Below are positions 46,801-60,923 of a stretch of DNA of 64,000 nucleotides, piece by piece. The DNA comes from an uncultured Bdellovibrionales bacterium (lineage in GTDB: Bacteria > Patescibacteriota > Minisyncoccia > Moranbacterales > UBA1568). Below the pieces are notes generated by a model. It saw only the letters and a program-made list of their open reading frames with translations, was not told where the DNA came from and made no database searches. Position 1 is the first letter of the stretch; each line of letters starts with the position of its first letter. Position numbers and translations under genes: made by a program. The stretch lies in assembly GCA_964436855.1 (NCBI GenBank), contig CAYTED010000008.1:4158-68157 (forward strand), written 5' to 3'.

Positions 46801-49263
46801 TTACAGTTGTCGGTTTTCGCGCTCAATATGATCCGCGATCGGATCGTCACCATACTGCGGCGCGGTTCGATTTCCCTCCTTGTCCACGAGAATGTCCCGC
46901 GGTTTCGCGCCATAGCCCGGTCCGACAATACCATTTTGCTCGAGCAGTTCCATAAGTCGCGCGCCCCGGGAATATCCTACCCCAAGCCGGGTCTGAAGGA
47001 AAGTCGTCGACGCACGGCGCGTTTCAATCACGAGCGCTTTCGCCTGTTCATACATCGGATCAATATTTTCAAGCAAGCTTCCCTCGTTGCCGCCGGAGGA
47101 AAAAATATCGCCGCCGCCGGAAGACGAAAACGCATCTTCAATATCATCCTCACCGTTTTCACGATGCCATTTTTTGAGATACTCCACCACACGCGAAACT
47201 TCCGTGTCGGTTACATACACCCCTTGCAATCGACGGATCTGCTGATGACCCGGCATAAGAAAAAGCATATCGCCGTTTCCGAGGAGTTTGTCGGCACCGC
47301 CCGCATCAAGAATAGTCCGTGAATCAATCTGACTCTGCACAGAAAACGCAATACGCGCCGGAATGTTCGCCTTGATAAGGCCGGTGATCACATTCACATC
47401 CGGGCGCTGTGTCGCAAGGATTAAATGAATTCCAACCGCTCGAGACTTTTGCGCGATACGGACAATGAGTCGTTCCACTTCTTTCCCGTGAGAGACCATA
47501 AGATCCGCCATTTCGTCGATCACGATCACGACATTCGGGAGGTGCGGCATCTCTTCCGCATCATACCCGCCGCGATCTTCATTTGGCACCATAAGCGGCT
47601 CTCCACGGAGCTCCTTGTCTCGATATCCTTCAATATCCCGAACTTTTGCTTGTTCAAGCACTTCATAGCGTCGATCCATTTCATCCGCAGCCCACTTGAG
47701 CGCCCCGACGACTTTTGCATTGTCGGTAATAACATCCGCCTTCAGGTGCGGAATACCCCGATAAAACGAGAGTTCCACACGTTTCGGATCAACCAGAATA
47801 AGTTTCAAATCGTTCGGAGAATTCTGATACAGAAGCGAGAGAAGAATCGTATTGATACAAACACTTTTTCCAGAATTGGTTGCGCCGGCCACCAAAAGAT
47901 GCGGCATTTTCGCGAGATTGGCAACAACATATTTTCCAAATACGTCTTTCCCGATAATGATTGTGAGTGGTGATTTTCGTTCGGAAAATTCCGACGAAAG
48001 AATCGCGTCCCGCATACGAACAAAAGCCGGACCGGTGTTCGGTACCTCGATACCGACAAGCGATTTCCCTGGGATCGGCGCTTCGATACGAATGGGGTGG
48101 CGCGCAACGGCAAGCGCGATGTCGTTGTTCAGCGCGGTTATTTTTGACAACTTCACTCCGACCGCCGGACGAAACGTGTACTGCGTTACGGTCGGGCCTA
48201 CAAATGCCTCGCTCGGCTCGACATCGATCTGCAGATGTTTGAGTGCGTCCTTAATAATTCGTTTCATCTCTTCCACATCACCCGCCTGACCGGATCCCTT
48301 TTCGGATTCAAAATATTCAAGTTTCGGCGGTTCCCACGCGGAAGACTGATTCTTTTTCTTCCGATATTTTCGGTTTATCTCGCCCGACTCCGACAAGTCT
48401 TCATCCTCGCCGGCAAATGAAATCTCGGCAATATTCTCACCCTCAATTCCGTTCGCCTCTTTTTTCTGACGATTTTCTTCTCCGGCGATTTCAAATCCGC
48501 GAATATTGTTTTCCGCAAGCGAGTCAGTCAACGCGGCTCCTTGCATAACACCACGTTCTCCTTGTTCCTCGGAAGAAAAATCCTTCGAGAGTGAAAGTGT
48601 CTGTTCCGATTCGGAAGAAACGCTCTGTTGCAATGGTTCATTCCCCTCTTCCGACATCTTCGCAGTCTCCGGAATATCCGATTTCTTTCCCAAAAATCTT
48701 TCCCGTATCGATCCGAAGAGATGGTAAAGCGAGACATTGAACGCCGCAATCAGACCGATCAGAAAAAACGAGACGAGAATCACCGTTCCGGCAACCATTC
48801 CGGTAAACGAAAGAAATACGGCCGAAAGCCCAAATCCGATCACGCCGCCGCCACGACCTTTTTCCACCGCCTTCCAGAGCGCTTCCGTATCGTCGCCGAG
48901 ATAGAGATGAAAAAATCCGAGAACCGAAAAGAAAAGAACAACATATCCACCGATTTTCACGGCATCGGAAAGCGTGATTTCCCGATGACGAAAAAGAAAC
49001 ACTCCAAGCAAAAAGAGTAAAATCGGCGCAAACCATTTTCCCCATCCGAAAAGAAAGCTAATGCTCAAATCAAGCCCCCCGCCAAGCTTGCCTGCAGCTC
49101 CAAAAAATCCAAGAACAAAAAGAATCGCGAGCGCCACAAAAAAAACAGCAGCAATGCTTCTTTTTGCGTCGCTTGCCAGTCCCGAGTGTCTCCCTGTTGG
49201 CATTTTCTCATCCCCTTCTTCTTCTCTATTTTCTTTTTTTCTCCGTCCCATATCAGCCTTCAC
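46801..49263 (-). CDS. ftsK: DNA translocase FtsK/SpoIIIE
   Basis: N-terminal TM helices, long linker, motor domain with Walker A GATNSGKS, and a C-terminal gamma/wHTH-like domain. Confidence 0.85.
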   Translation of the reverse strand: MKADMGRRKKENREEEGDEKMPTGRHSGLASDAKRSIAAVFFVALAILFVLGFFGAAGKLGGGLDLSISFLFGWGKWFAPILLFLLGVFLFRHREITLSDAVKIGGYVVLFFSVLGFFHLYLGDDTEALWKAVEKGRGGGVIGFGLSAVFLSFTGMVAGTVILVSFFLIGLIAAFNVSLYHLFGSIRERFLGKKSDIPETAKMSEEGNEPLQQSVSSESEQTLSLSKDFSSEEQGERGVMQGAALTDSLAENNIRGFEIAGEENRQKKEANGIEGENIAEISFAGEDEDLSESGEINRKYRKKKNQSSAWEPPKLEYFESEKGSGQAGDVEEMKRIIKDALKHLQIDVEPSEAFVGPTVTQYTFRPAVGVKLSKITALNNDIALAVARHPIRIEAPIPGKSLVGIEVPNTGPAFVRMRDAILSSEFSERKSPLTIIIGKDVFGKYVVANLAKMPHLLVAGATNSGKSVCINTILLSLLYQNSPNDLKLILVDPKRVELSFYRGIPHLKADVITDNAKVVGALKWAADEMDRRYEVLEQAKVRDIEGYRDKELRGEPLMVPNEDRGGYDAEEMPHLPNVVIVIDEMADLMVSHGKEVERLIVRIAQKSRAVGIHLILATQRPDVNVITGLIKANIPARIAFSVQSQIDSRTILDAGGADKLLGNGDMLFLMPGHQQIRRLQGVYVTDTEVSRVVEYLKKWHRENGEDDIEDAFSSSGGGDIFSSGGNEGSLLENIDPMYEQAKALVIETRRASTTFLQTRLGVGYSRGARLMELLEQNGIVGPGYGAKPRDILVDKEGNRTAPQYGDDPIADHIERENRQL

Positions 49264-49334
49264 TCTACAGATCTGCTTTTTTCAAAAGAATTCGAATTCT
49301 TTTTGAAGTATTTCTGCAAATCCTTTCTATTTAT

Positions 49335-49979
49335 TTATACGGTATCTATCATGCTTTCAGAATTCCCTTCCAAAGCATTTATTTTTCCTGCCAATGTCCC
49401 TCTTTGATTCTTCCCGTCATCCTTCTGAGGAATAGTGGAGAGCTCTCGTACTCTTGTTCGCAGCCCGGCCGCAGCAGTGATCCTTTCATATCTTCCGTCT
49501 TGAGAAAATCGCTCAAACATCTGTCGAAGATCCGATACCGAATACCACCTTCCCTCTTTGTTTCGTATCGGGCCGAGAGTCGGGAGTAGTTCTTGAAGCA
49601 CTTTGAATGTCGGGGTATTCTTGACTCTTTCACGTTGTTCTCGATCGAGCACTCGAAAAATTGCTTCATCAAATCCGTAATTTTTCGGTAAAAAAGGAAG
49701 CGTTTTCCGTCTTGTTTCCGGATCAAAAAACCGATCTACCAGCACCAACATCTCCTCTGCCGAAACCTTTTCAATCTCAGGTTCAAAAGAAGGTTTTCCG
49801 GTTTCTCGAGAAAAAAGCCCGATCTTCCTGATGGCACTCTTCAAGCCATTGCGATCATTTACCCCCTCAAGGAGAGCTTCTGGATCATTGATGGCTTCGG
49901 ATAAAACTTGCCCCAAAGCGGCTCTGGAGTTCTTTTCCCTCTCTTGAAAAGCGTCCCTTTTTTCTAGAAATAGTCCCAT
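49335..49979 (-). CDS. Hypothetical protein
   Basis: ORF only. Confidence 0.3.
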   Translation of the reverse strand: MGLFLEKRDAFQEREKNSRAALGQVLSEAINDPEALLEGVNDRNGLKSAIRKIGLFSRETGKPSFEPEIEKVSAEEMLVLVDRFFDPETRRKTLPFLPKNYGFDEAIFRVLDREQRERVKNTPTFKVLQELLPTLGPIRNKEGRWYSVSDLRQMFERFSQDGRYERITAAAGLRTRVRELSTIPQKDDGKNQRGTLAGKINALEGNSESMIDTV

Positions 49980-50104
49980 AAGAATACTTTCTTTTCCTCC
50001 CTATTGTACCTCTATTTAGAAAAGGAGACAAAAAAACAGCCCTTTCGGGCTGTTTTTTTTGGCGGAAAAATATTTGCGGATATTTCTCTCGTACTTTCCG
50101 AACA

Positions 50105-53713
<3,609 letters not shown>

Positions 53714-53743
53714 AAGAATGTCTTCACGAGTTCGTTTGAGAAA

Positions 53744-56700
53744 TTAGGCTTCTTCGCTTCCGAAGTCATCTTTCCCAGAGGATGATTCGACCGTTCCTTC
53801 CTCTTCTTCCGCTTCCGATTTCACCCCCTTGAGTTCAACATCGAGACAAAGACCTTTCAGTTCATTGACGAGCACATGGAATGATGCCGGGATATTCGGA
53901 CTCTTGATCGGCTCGCCCTTAATGATCGACTCATACGCTTTCGAACGACCGAGCACATCGTCGGATTTGATCGTCAGCATTTCCTGAAGCGTGTACGCCG
54001 CGCCGTACCCTTCAAGCGCCCACACTTCCATTTCTCCAAACCGCTGTCCGCCAAACTGCGCCTTTCCGCCAAGCGGCTGCTGGGTGATAAGCGAATACGG
54101 TCCGATCGATCGCATGTGCAGCTTGTCTTCAATCAAGTGATTGAGCTTCATGACATACATCACTCCGACGGTCGATTCGTTGTCGAAAAATTCTCCCGAC
54201 TTTCCATCGCGAAGGCGAATCTTTCCGTTTTCTGGAAGCTCCGCTTTTTTCAATTCTTCTTTGATATCGTCTTCCGATACACCATCAAGTGACGGACTCG
54301 CCACATTATATCCAAGTTTGAGTCCCGCCCACCCGAGGTGTGTCTCCAAAATCTGACCGATATTCATACGAGACGCGACACCAAGCGGATTCAAAATCAC
54401 ATCAACCGGCGTTCCATCCGGAAGACATGGCATATCTTCTACCGGAGCAATATGTGAAATAACACCTTTGTTTCCGTGACGTCCGGCAAGCTTATCTCCC
54501 ACCGAAATCTTTCGCATTTGCGCAACCGAAATCTGAATTTGCTCAAACACGCCCATGGGAAGTTTGTCGCCTTTGTCGCGTGAGAAAATTTTAATGTCAA
54601 CCACCTTTCCGTGCTCACCATGCGGAAGGTACAACGACGAATCCTTCACATCGCGAGACTTTTCGCCAAAAATCACACGCAGGAGTCGCTCTTCCGCCGT
54701 CAAATCTCCTTCTCCCTTTGGAGTGATTTTTCCCACGAGAATGTCTCCGGACGATACCTCCGCACCGATACGGATAATGCCCCCCTCATCAAGATTCTTT
54801 AATCGGTCTTCGCCAATATTCGGAATATCGCGCGTTACCACTTCCGGTCCGAGTTTGGTATCACGCACATCGATCGAGAAATCTTCGATATGTATCGAAC
54901 TGTAACGATCTTCTTCGAGAACACGTTCGGAAAGAATAATCGCATCTTCGTAATTGAACCCTTCCCACGGAATAAACGCGACGAGCATATTTTGCCCGAG
55001 TGCAAGCTCGCCATTGTCGGTTGAGGCACCATCCGCTAAGAGATCCCCCTTCTCCACGACATTTCCTTTCTTCACACGGGGAATCTGGTTCATCGACGTG
55101 AAAGAGTTCGACTTCGCAAATGAAAGAAGTTTATATTCACGATCAAACACGTCTTTCTTCGCGCCGGCGGGAGTTTTTTCGCGTACGATAATATGATTGG
55201 CGTCCACTTCGATTACTTCACCCGATCCGAGCGCGATGACCACCTGACCGGAGTCGGCCGCCGCTTTGTCTTCAATGCCCGTTCCCACAATCGGCGATTG
55301 CGGACGAACGCACGACACCGCCTGACGCTGCATGTTCGAACCCATAAGAGCACGGTTCGCGTCATCGTGTTCGAGAAATGGAATGAGCGCCGTCGCCACC
55401 GAAATACACTGCTTCACCGAAACATCAGCATAATCAAGATTCGTCGCCTCCACCATTTCCGGGTGTCCCTTCACGCGAGCTTCCACAAACGATTCCTCGA
55501 TATTCCGATATTCATCGAGCTTGATACCGGCATGCGCGATTGATTTTCGATCTTCGACGATCGCATTCAAATATTCAATTTCAAGCGTCACAAACGGTTT
55601 TACTGAAACCATTTTTCCTTTTTTCTTCGCGGCGATTTTCTTCGCGATGGCGGCATCGATCATCTCTCCTGCTTTCGCGACTCCTTCAATCGATTCATTC
55701 AATATGCGGTGTTCGAGCGCCTTTTCGTTTGCATCAACTTCTTTCTGTACTTTCAGATATGGTGTCTCGAGAAATCCATATTCGTTCACACGCGCATAGG
55801 TTGCGAGGTGTCCCACAAGACCGATATTCGGACCTTCCGGAGTTTCCACCGGACAAATGCGACCATAGTGCGACGGGTGCACATCACGCACTTCGAAACC
55901 GGCACGTTCCCGCGTCAGTCCGCCGGGACCCATTGCCGAGAGACGTCGCTTGTGTTCGAGCTCCGCAAGAGGGTTCACCTGATCCATAAACTGCGAGAGC
56001 TGGGAACTCGAGAAAAATTCTTTGACCGCCGCCGCGACCGGGCGCGGGTTAATCAGTTGTCCGGGGATAACCAAGTCCGGATCGCAGGTACTCATCCGAT
56101 CTTTCACGTTGCGAACCATCCGGTACACACCGACGCGAAGTTTGTTCTGAATCAGCTCGCCTACCGCACGCACGCGACGATTGCCCAAGTGATCAATATC
56201 ATCCGCCTTTGCCATCGGATCGTTATTCAGGCGAATAATCTCTCGGATAATCAAAATGAGATCATCGATATTCAAAATACGATTTTCTTCCTTGTCGGCA
56301 CGTTCTACTTCGAGCCGTTGATTCAAACGATACCGTCCCACCGATCCGAAATCGTAACGCTCAAAATTGAAAAACATTCCATCGATCATCGACTTCGCAT
56401 TCTCCTCCGTCGCAAGATCGCCCGGACGAAGCCGTTTGTAAACCTCGCGATACGCCTCGCCACGAGAAGTCGCCGAATCTTTCGCGAGTGTTTCTTCGAT
56501 ATATTTCGTATCACCGGTATCGATATCCGCAAATTCTTGTCGGATTTTCTTCTCCTCCATTCCAAATGCCTTGAGAAGTGCCGTGATCGGGAGTTTTCGC
56601 TTGCGGTCGATTTTCACAGACAACGCTCCGTCAAAATCCGTCTCGACTTCAAGCCATGCACCGCGATTCGGGATAATTTTTGCACCAAAAAGTTTCTTTC

Positions 56701-57184
56701 CTTTTTGGTACTCCATGGTAAAGAAAACGCCGGGAGAACGGATAAGCTGCGAAACCACGACACGCTCGACACCATTAATAATGAAGGTGCCGCGTTCGGT
56801 CATCACCGGAAAATCACCAAGGTAAATTTCCTGTTCTTTGACTTCCCCGGTCTTTTTGATTAAAAGTTCCGCCTTCACGCGAAGCGGCGCTTCGAAAGAA
56901 ATATTTTTCGCCTTGGCAACCTCCGGGATGCACTTCGGTTCATCGAGATAATAGTCCGAAAACGACAACTCCAAATCCTTTCCCGTGAAATCGGTGATCG
57001 GATTCACTTCAAGAAAGAGCTCTTTCAAGCCTTTCTCCCAAAACCACTCATACGAATCCTGCTGAACCTCGATCAGGTTCGGGAGGGATACCATAATACG
57101 GTTTCGGAAGAACTTTCGCTTGGAAAGCGACGACCCCGAACCGAACGTATCCTTCACCTTGAGTACCTTCTGTCCTTTAGACAT
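53744..57184 (-). CDS. rpoB: DNA-directed RNA polymerase beta subunit
   Basis: Rif-region and catalytic regions (GRHGNKGVIS, QRFGEMEVWALE); 1146 aa. The RBS is 30 nt upstream of rpoC. Confidence 0.95.
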   Translation of the reverse strand: MSKGQKVLKVKDTFGSGSSLSKRKFFRNRIMVSLPNLIEVQQDSYEWFWEKGLKELFLEVNPITDFTGKDLELSFSDYYLDEPKCIPEVAKAKNISFEAPLRVKAELLIKKTGEVKEQEIYLGDFPVMTERGTFIINGVERVVVSQLIRSPGVFFTMEYQKGKKLFGAKIIPNRGAWLEVETDFDGALSVKIDRKRKLPITALLKAFGMEEKKIRQEFADIDTGDTKYIEETLAKDSATSRGEAYREVYKRLRPGDLATEENAKSMIDGMFFNFERYDFGSVGRYRLNQRLEVERADKEENRILNIDDLILIIREIIRLNNDPMAKADDIDHLGNRRVRAVGELIQNKLRVGVYRMVRNVKDRMSTCDPDLVIPGQLINPRPVAAAVKEFFSSSQLSQFMDQVNPLAELEHKRRLSAMGPGGLTRERAGFEVRDVHPSHYGRICPVETPEGPNIGLVGHLATYARVNEYGFLETPYLKVQKEVDANEKALEHRILNESIEGVAKAGEMIDAAIAKKIAAKKKGKMVSVKPFVTLEIEYLNAIVEDRKSIAHAGIKLDEYRNIEESFVEARVKGHPEMVEATNLDYADVSVKQCISVATALIPFLEHDDANRALMGSNMQRQAVSCVRPQSPIVGTGIEDKAAADSGQVVIALGSGEVIEVDANHIIVREKTPAGAKKDVFDREYKLLSFAKSNSFTSMNQIPRVKKGNVVEKGDLLADGASTDNGELALGQNMLVAFIPWEGFNYEDAIILSERVLEEDRYSSIHIEDFSIDVRDTKLGPEVVTRDIPNIGEDRLKNLDEGGIIRIGAEVSSGDILVGKITPKGEGDLTAEERLLRVIFGEKSRDVKDSSLYLPHGEHGKVVDIKIFSRDKGDKLPMGVFEQIQISVAQMRKISVGDKLAGRHGNKGVISHIAPVEDMPCLPDGTPVDVILNPLGVASRMNIGQILETHLGWAGLKLGYNVASPSLDGVSEDDIKEELKKAELPENGKIRLRDGKSGEFFDNESTVGVMYVMKLNHLIEDKLHMRSIGPYSLITQQPLGGKAQFGGQRFGEMEVWALEGYGAAYTLQEMLTIKSDDVLGRSKAYESIIKGEPIKSPNIPASFHVLVNELKGLCLDVELKGVKSEAEEEEGTVESSSGKDDFGSEEA

Positions 57185-57496
57185 AAAAAGACGCCCATCG
57201 CACCCTCCTTCCCAAAAGGAAGTAGGACAGACGGGAATTACCCGGGAAACTATTTATTTGTCCGAAAATGCGCACCCGTTCGCATTCCGCTTGTCTTTCT
57301 CATTATCTTCCACGCCCAGTAGCGTGAAAGTGACTCAACTCTCCAAAAACAATACGCCTCAGAATACCAAAACCGTTTTTTTCTGTCAAATGAAAACCAA
57401 AAATGGGCTTCAATAAGCCTTGACAAAAAATTAAACCGCAGTTCCCGAATTCCGAGATTTCAAAAACCAGGAACTACGGTCGGGTGTTGTTGTGTT

Positions 57497-57775
57497 TTAA
57501 TGGGGTACGCTTCTGATCGCAAATCCGTAGGTCTTTGCTACCGTTTCCGCGATCCTGCCTGAAGTATACGTCTCCGGAATACGAACGTCAACGGAGAAGT
57601 TATCCACTTCATCCGCTTCAATTCCTCTTTCTTGCAACAGATCGTTTATAGCCTGAAAAAGCCGCGCACCCATATCGCGTGATTCTTCCCACTCGCAAAC
57701 CAACCTCTCTGTATTATCTTCGAGAAGTGAGAGTTTGGATTTGTCTTTTTCAACTGTCAGTATGAATGCGTACAT
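57497..57775 (-). CDS. Hypothetical small protein
   Basis: ORF only. Confidence 0.25.
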   Translation of the reverse strand: MYAFILTVEKDKSKLSLLEDNTERLVCEWEESRDMGARLFQAINDLLQERGIEADEVDNFSVDVRIPETYTSGRIAETVAKTYGFAIRSVPH

Positions 57776-57861
57776 GAGCGCTTGCTGATTTAAGATTTAA
57801 GATTTTTGATTTATGAATTCAAGACTTTATGGATTTCCATTCTTAAATCCTCCATCATAAA

Positions 57862-58617
57862 TCATGAATCAATTTTTCTCCAATCAAAATTCCACGGATC
57901 ATCTTTCCGTCCCGGGGCGATATCGCTGTGCCCCACAACATTTTTAATCGGATATTTCCCCTTTAAATACGCAAGAATATTGTTTATCGACGTATACTGC
58001 GCGTCCGTCATTTTACTTTCTTTCGTATTGAGAATTTCGATACCGATTGAAAAATTATTCACATCAGTGCGACCGTCCGGCATTTTCGATACGCCGGCAT
58101 GATACGCGATATTCGCGTCATCCACCAATCGATACACATTCCCCTTTCTATCGATCATATAGTGCGGCACAACGCCATAGCTTTCCCAAATCTTCATCAC
58201 CGCCGAAACGGAATACGGGTCCTTCCCCTCCGGATCGTAAGACGAGTGAAGAACAACAGTGTCAATCGTTCGTTTCGACGAGGGAATTTCAAATCCGAAA
58301 TTCACTTTTTTGTCGATGATATGTACTGCTTGTTCTCCGTTTTGTTCCTTTGATACAGTCTCCGCGGGGGGAGATTCTTCGCTCATCGTTTCCGTCGCCC
58401 GATTTTCCACCATACTTTTCACGTCGAGCGCTTTTTCCCTCACCGCTTCATAACGAGAAACTCCGCTACTCCCCGAAAGAATATCGGAGATTGATTGTTC
58501 GGTCGTCGGCGTTGTATCATTTTTCACCGTTACCGAGGCGGATTCCGATCCAAAGAGAAAATACCCCGCCCCGAGGATCATTAAAAGTATCGCAATAAGA
58601 AGTCCGAGGAAACCCAT
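57862..58617 (-). CDS. Membrane-anchored N-acetylmuramoyl-L-alanine amidase (Amidase_2/PGRP fold)
   Basis: VVLHSS...NIAYHAGVS...NNFSIGIEI...VVGHSDIAPGRKDDP: Zn-binding His/His/Asp pattern of AmpD/PGRP amidases. Confidence 0.7.
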   Translation of the reverse strand: MGFLGLLIAILLMILGAGYFLFGSESASVTVKNDTTPTTEQSISDILSGSSGVSRYEAVREKALDVKSMVENRATETMSEESPPAETVSKEQNGEQAVHIIDKKVNFGFEIPSSKRTIDTVVLHSSYDPEGKDPYSVSAVMKIWESYGVVPHYMIDRKGNVYRLVDDANIAYHAGVSKMPDGRTDVNNFSIGIEILNTKESKMTDAQYTSINNILAYLKGKYPIKNVVGHSDIAPGRKDDPWNFDWRKIDS

Positions 58618-58838
58618 ACAATTGATTCTATTATAGCAAAATATTATTCATATCATCTTCTTCATTCATCCTTTCTTTTCACCGGAAAAGAAAGGATGAA
58701 TCAGAATATTTATGAAGGAGAAAAGAAGAATATATTACAAACAAAAACCCCGGCTCGAGCCAGGGTTTTTTCCTTCCTTTTCAAAAACATGGGTCCCTCC
58801 CGCCTTGGCGGGACAGGGATGATTTCGCATAGGCGAAA

Positions 58839-59072
58839 TCATTTTTTCCTCGATGTGAGAATTTTCGTAACCGCTGCGCCGAGCGCCGCGCCGACACCCG
58901 CTGCGATAAGCGCCGCTTTTTCCGGATTCTTTTTTACAAATGCCTCCGTTTTCTTAAGCGATGACTCGACTGTCTGTCGCAATTTCTTGAGCTCCTTTTC
59001 CGCAATCACTTGCGCTTTCGCAATATTTTTCTCAACTTCCTTTTTCATATCTTTCAGAGCACCCTTTTTCAT
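58839..59072 (-). CDS. DUF883/YqjD-like C-terminally anchored small protein
   Basis: Coiled-coil N-terminus plus C-terminal hydrophobic tail AALIAAGVGAALGAAV. Confidence 0.45.
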   Translation of the reverse strand: MKKGALKDMKKEVEKNIAKAQVIAEKELKKLRQTVESSLKKTEAFVKKNPEKAALIAAGVGAALGAAVTKILTSRKK

Positions 59073-59111
59073 ATCATTGCTTCTTTAATTATGTAATTTA
59101 TTTTCCCCTCC

Positions 59112-59543
59112 TTATCCTTTCTTTTCGCTTCCGACCACAACAAAAAGAACGATTGAAAGTGAAAGAATAGTCGCCCCAACAAGCACTTCCGCGGCACCCG
59201 GTGTCGCAAAAAGGCCTTCGAGAAATCGCGACAACCCAACAAAGAAAAATATCAATCCGACAAATCCGAACAGCGCGAGCAGAAACCGAAATGTCATCAA
59301 TCGGAAAAATCCCCGGATTCGCTCTCGCCAGAATTCTATTCGCTCACGAAGCATTCCTCTCATTCCCTGCATTGCCGCGGCACGAATCGCTGCCGCAATC
59401 GGAGATTTTTTTCTTGAAGAAGCATTTCGAACGCTTTTTGTTCTCACGGTGCGAGTTTTTTTTGTTGTTTGTATCGACATACGGAAAGTATATCGCACCG
59501 TAAGAAAAAAGAAAACGTTTTCAAGAAAAAACCTCCCGAGCAT
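59112..59543 (-). CDS. YqjE/DUF1469-like (holin-X-like) small membrane protein
   Basis: Two TM helices; the position next to a DUF883 gene mirrors E. coli yqjD-yqjE. Confidence 0.35.
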   Translation of the reverse strand: MLGRFFLENVFFFLTVRYTFRMSIQTTKKTRTVRTKSVRNASSRKKSPIAAAIRAAAMQGMRGMLRERIEFWRERIRGFFRLMTFRFLLALFGFVGLIFFFVGLSRFLEGLFATPGAAEVLVGATILSLSIVLFVVVGSEKKG

Positions 59544-59573
59544 TCGGTTTTTGTGATATCCTGAAAGAGATTT

Positions 59574-60917
59574 ATGGATGCACTCCTCGCCACAAAACCA
59601 AACATCGTCGTCGACAAACTACGCGTGATTTACAATCAAGGGAAATCAAACGAAACGCGTGCGCTTGAAGAAACCAATCTTGCTATTTATCCGACCGAGT
59701 ATGTGATTATTTTCGGTCCTTCGGGTTGCGGCAAATCGACTCTTCTTTATTCGATTGCCGGACTTCAATCTCCAACATACGGCGATGTCGTTATCAATGG
59801 AAAGGGTATTTTTTCCATGACGCAACAAGATATGCTCGAGCTCCATCAAACGGGCATCGGGATGGTGTTTCAGGCATTCTATCTCATTTCCTCACTCACG
59901 GTGATCGACAATGTCTGTCTTCCTCGCGCTTTTCGGGGAGAAGGTGTCAAAACCCGACGCGTAGAGGGGATGAAACTTCTCCGTCGTTTCGGTATTGCCG
60001 AACACGCCGACAAATACCCAAGCCAACTCTCCGGCGGGCAGAAACAACGCGTCGCGATCGCCCGCGCGCTCGTCAACAATCCAAATATCATCCTCGCCGA
60101 CGAACCGGTCGGTAACCTCGACTCCGAATCCGCGGAAAACGTGCTCGCTATTCTGAAAGAATTGAACGACAACGACAAGAAAACGATTATCATGGTTACG
60201 CACAACCCGGAACATCTGATCTATGCCGACCGCGTGATCCGAATGAAAGACGGTCGCGTTATCAGCGAAGAGGTATTCAAGGAAAAACGATCGCTCCCCG
60301 AAAAGAAAAAAGAAGAGGAACTCCTGAAAGCGATCCCGAAAGAAGAGCTCCCGCAGGAAACCGAGGAACTGAAAATGCTGATGGCTTCGTTCAAAAACCT
60401 TCTCCCGCAGCAAGTCGACGTACTCCTTATCCCATTCAAGGCAAAGCAGCTCCTCGCGCACGTTCTCTCCGATCTCTCCGAAGAGCAACTCTCGATGGCC
60501 GAAGGATTCTTGAAAGAGCTCCTTTTCAAAAATATCAATCGCGAAGGATTTTCCCATTCTCTCGACAAACCGCTTGACGATGGCGGCGCCGGGTGGAACA
60601 AGATTCGAGCGGAAACGTTTTCGAATCGTATCGCCGCAATCGTCGAACAAGCCGAGATTGCGAAAGTCGGTCCAAATCAAAGTCCGATCGCGATCGCGGA
60701 ACACTTAAAAAAGCTCTACAAACTCACTCTCTCTCCCAGTCAGGAACTCCGCCTCCAGTCCGCCATCAAGCTCCGAACCGAGAGCAAGTGCGGCTCGAAA
60801 GAATTGTTCCGCCGACTCGATGCTCCCGAAAATATCGGCGGCGTCGGTCTGAACCGCATTACCGCCGAAAAAATGGTACGCGAAATCGAAATCATCATGC
60901 TTGTCAAATATTCCTAA
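59574..60917 (+). CDS. ABC transporter ATP-binding protein (FtsE/LolD/MacB-type) with about 220-aa C-terminal extension
   Basis: Walker [10 protein letters not shown], signature [15 protein letters not shown], Walker [13 protein letters not shown]-loop THN. The extension after about residue 225 has no known domain. Confidence 0.8.
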   Translation: MDALLATKPNIVVDKLRVIYNQGKSNETRALEETNLAIYPTEYVIIFGPSGCGKSTLLYSIAGLQSPTYGDVVINGKGIFSMTQQDMLELHQTGIGMVFQAFYLISSLTVIDNVCLPRAFRGEGVKTRRVEGMKLLRRFGIAEHADKYPSQLSGGQKQRVAIARALVNNPNIILADEPVGNLDSESAENVLAILKELNDNDKKTIIMVTHNPEHLIYADRVIRMKDGRVISEEVFKEKRSLPEKKKEEELLKAIPKEELPQETEELKMLMASFKNLLPQQVDVLLIPFKAKQLLAHVLSDLSEEQLSMAEGFLKELLFKNINREGFSHSLDKPLDDGGAGWNKIRAETFSNRIAAIVEQAEIAKVGPNQSPIAIAEHLKKLYKLTLSPSQELRLQSAIKLRTESKCGSKELFRRLDAPENIGGVGLNRITAEKMVREIEIIMLVKYS

Positions 60918-60923
60918 ATCCCT

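Noticed and set aside
55709-56863. 384-aa plus-strand ORF
   Set aside because: It is antisense within rpoB.
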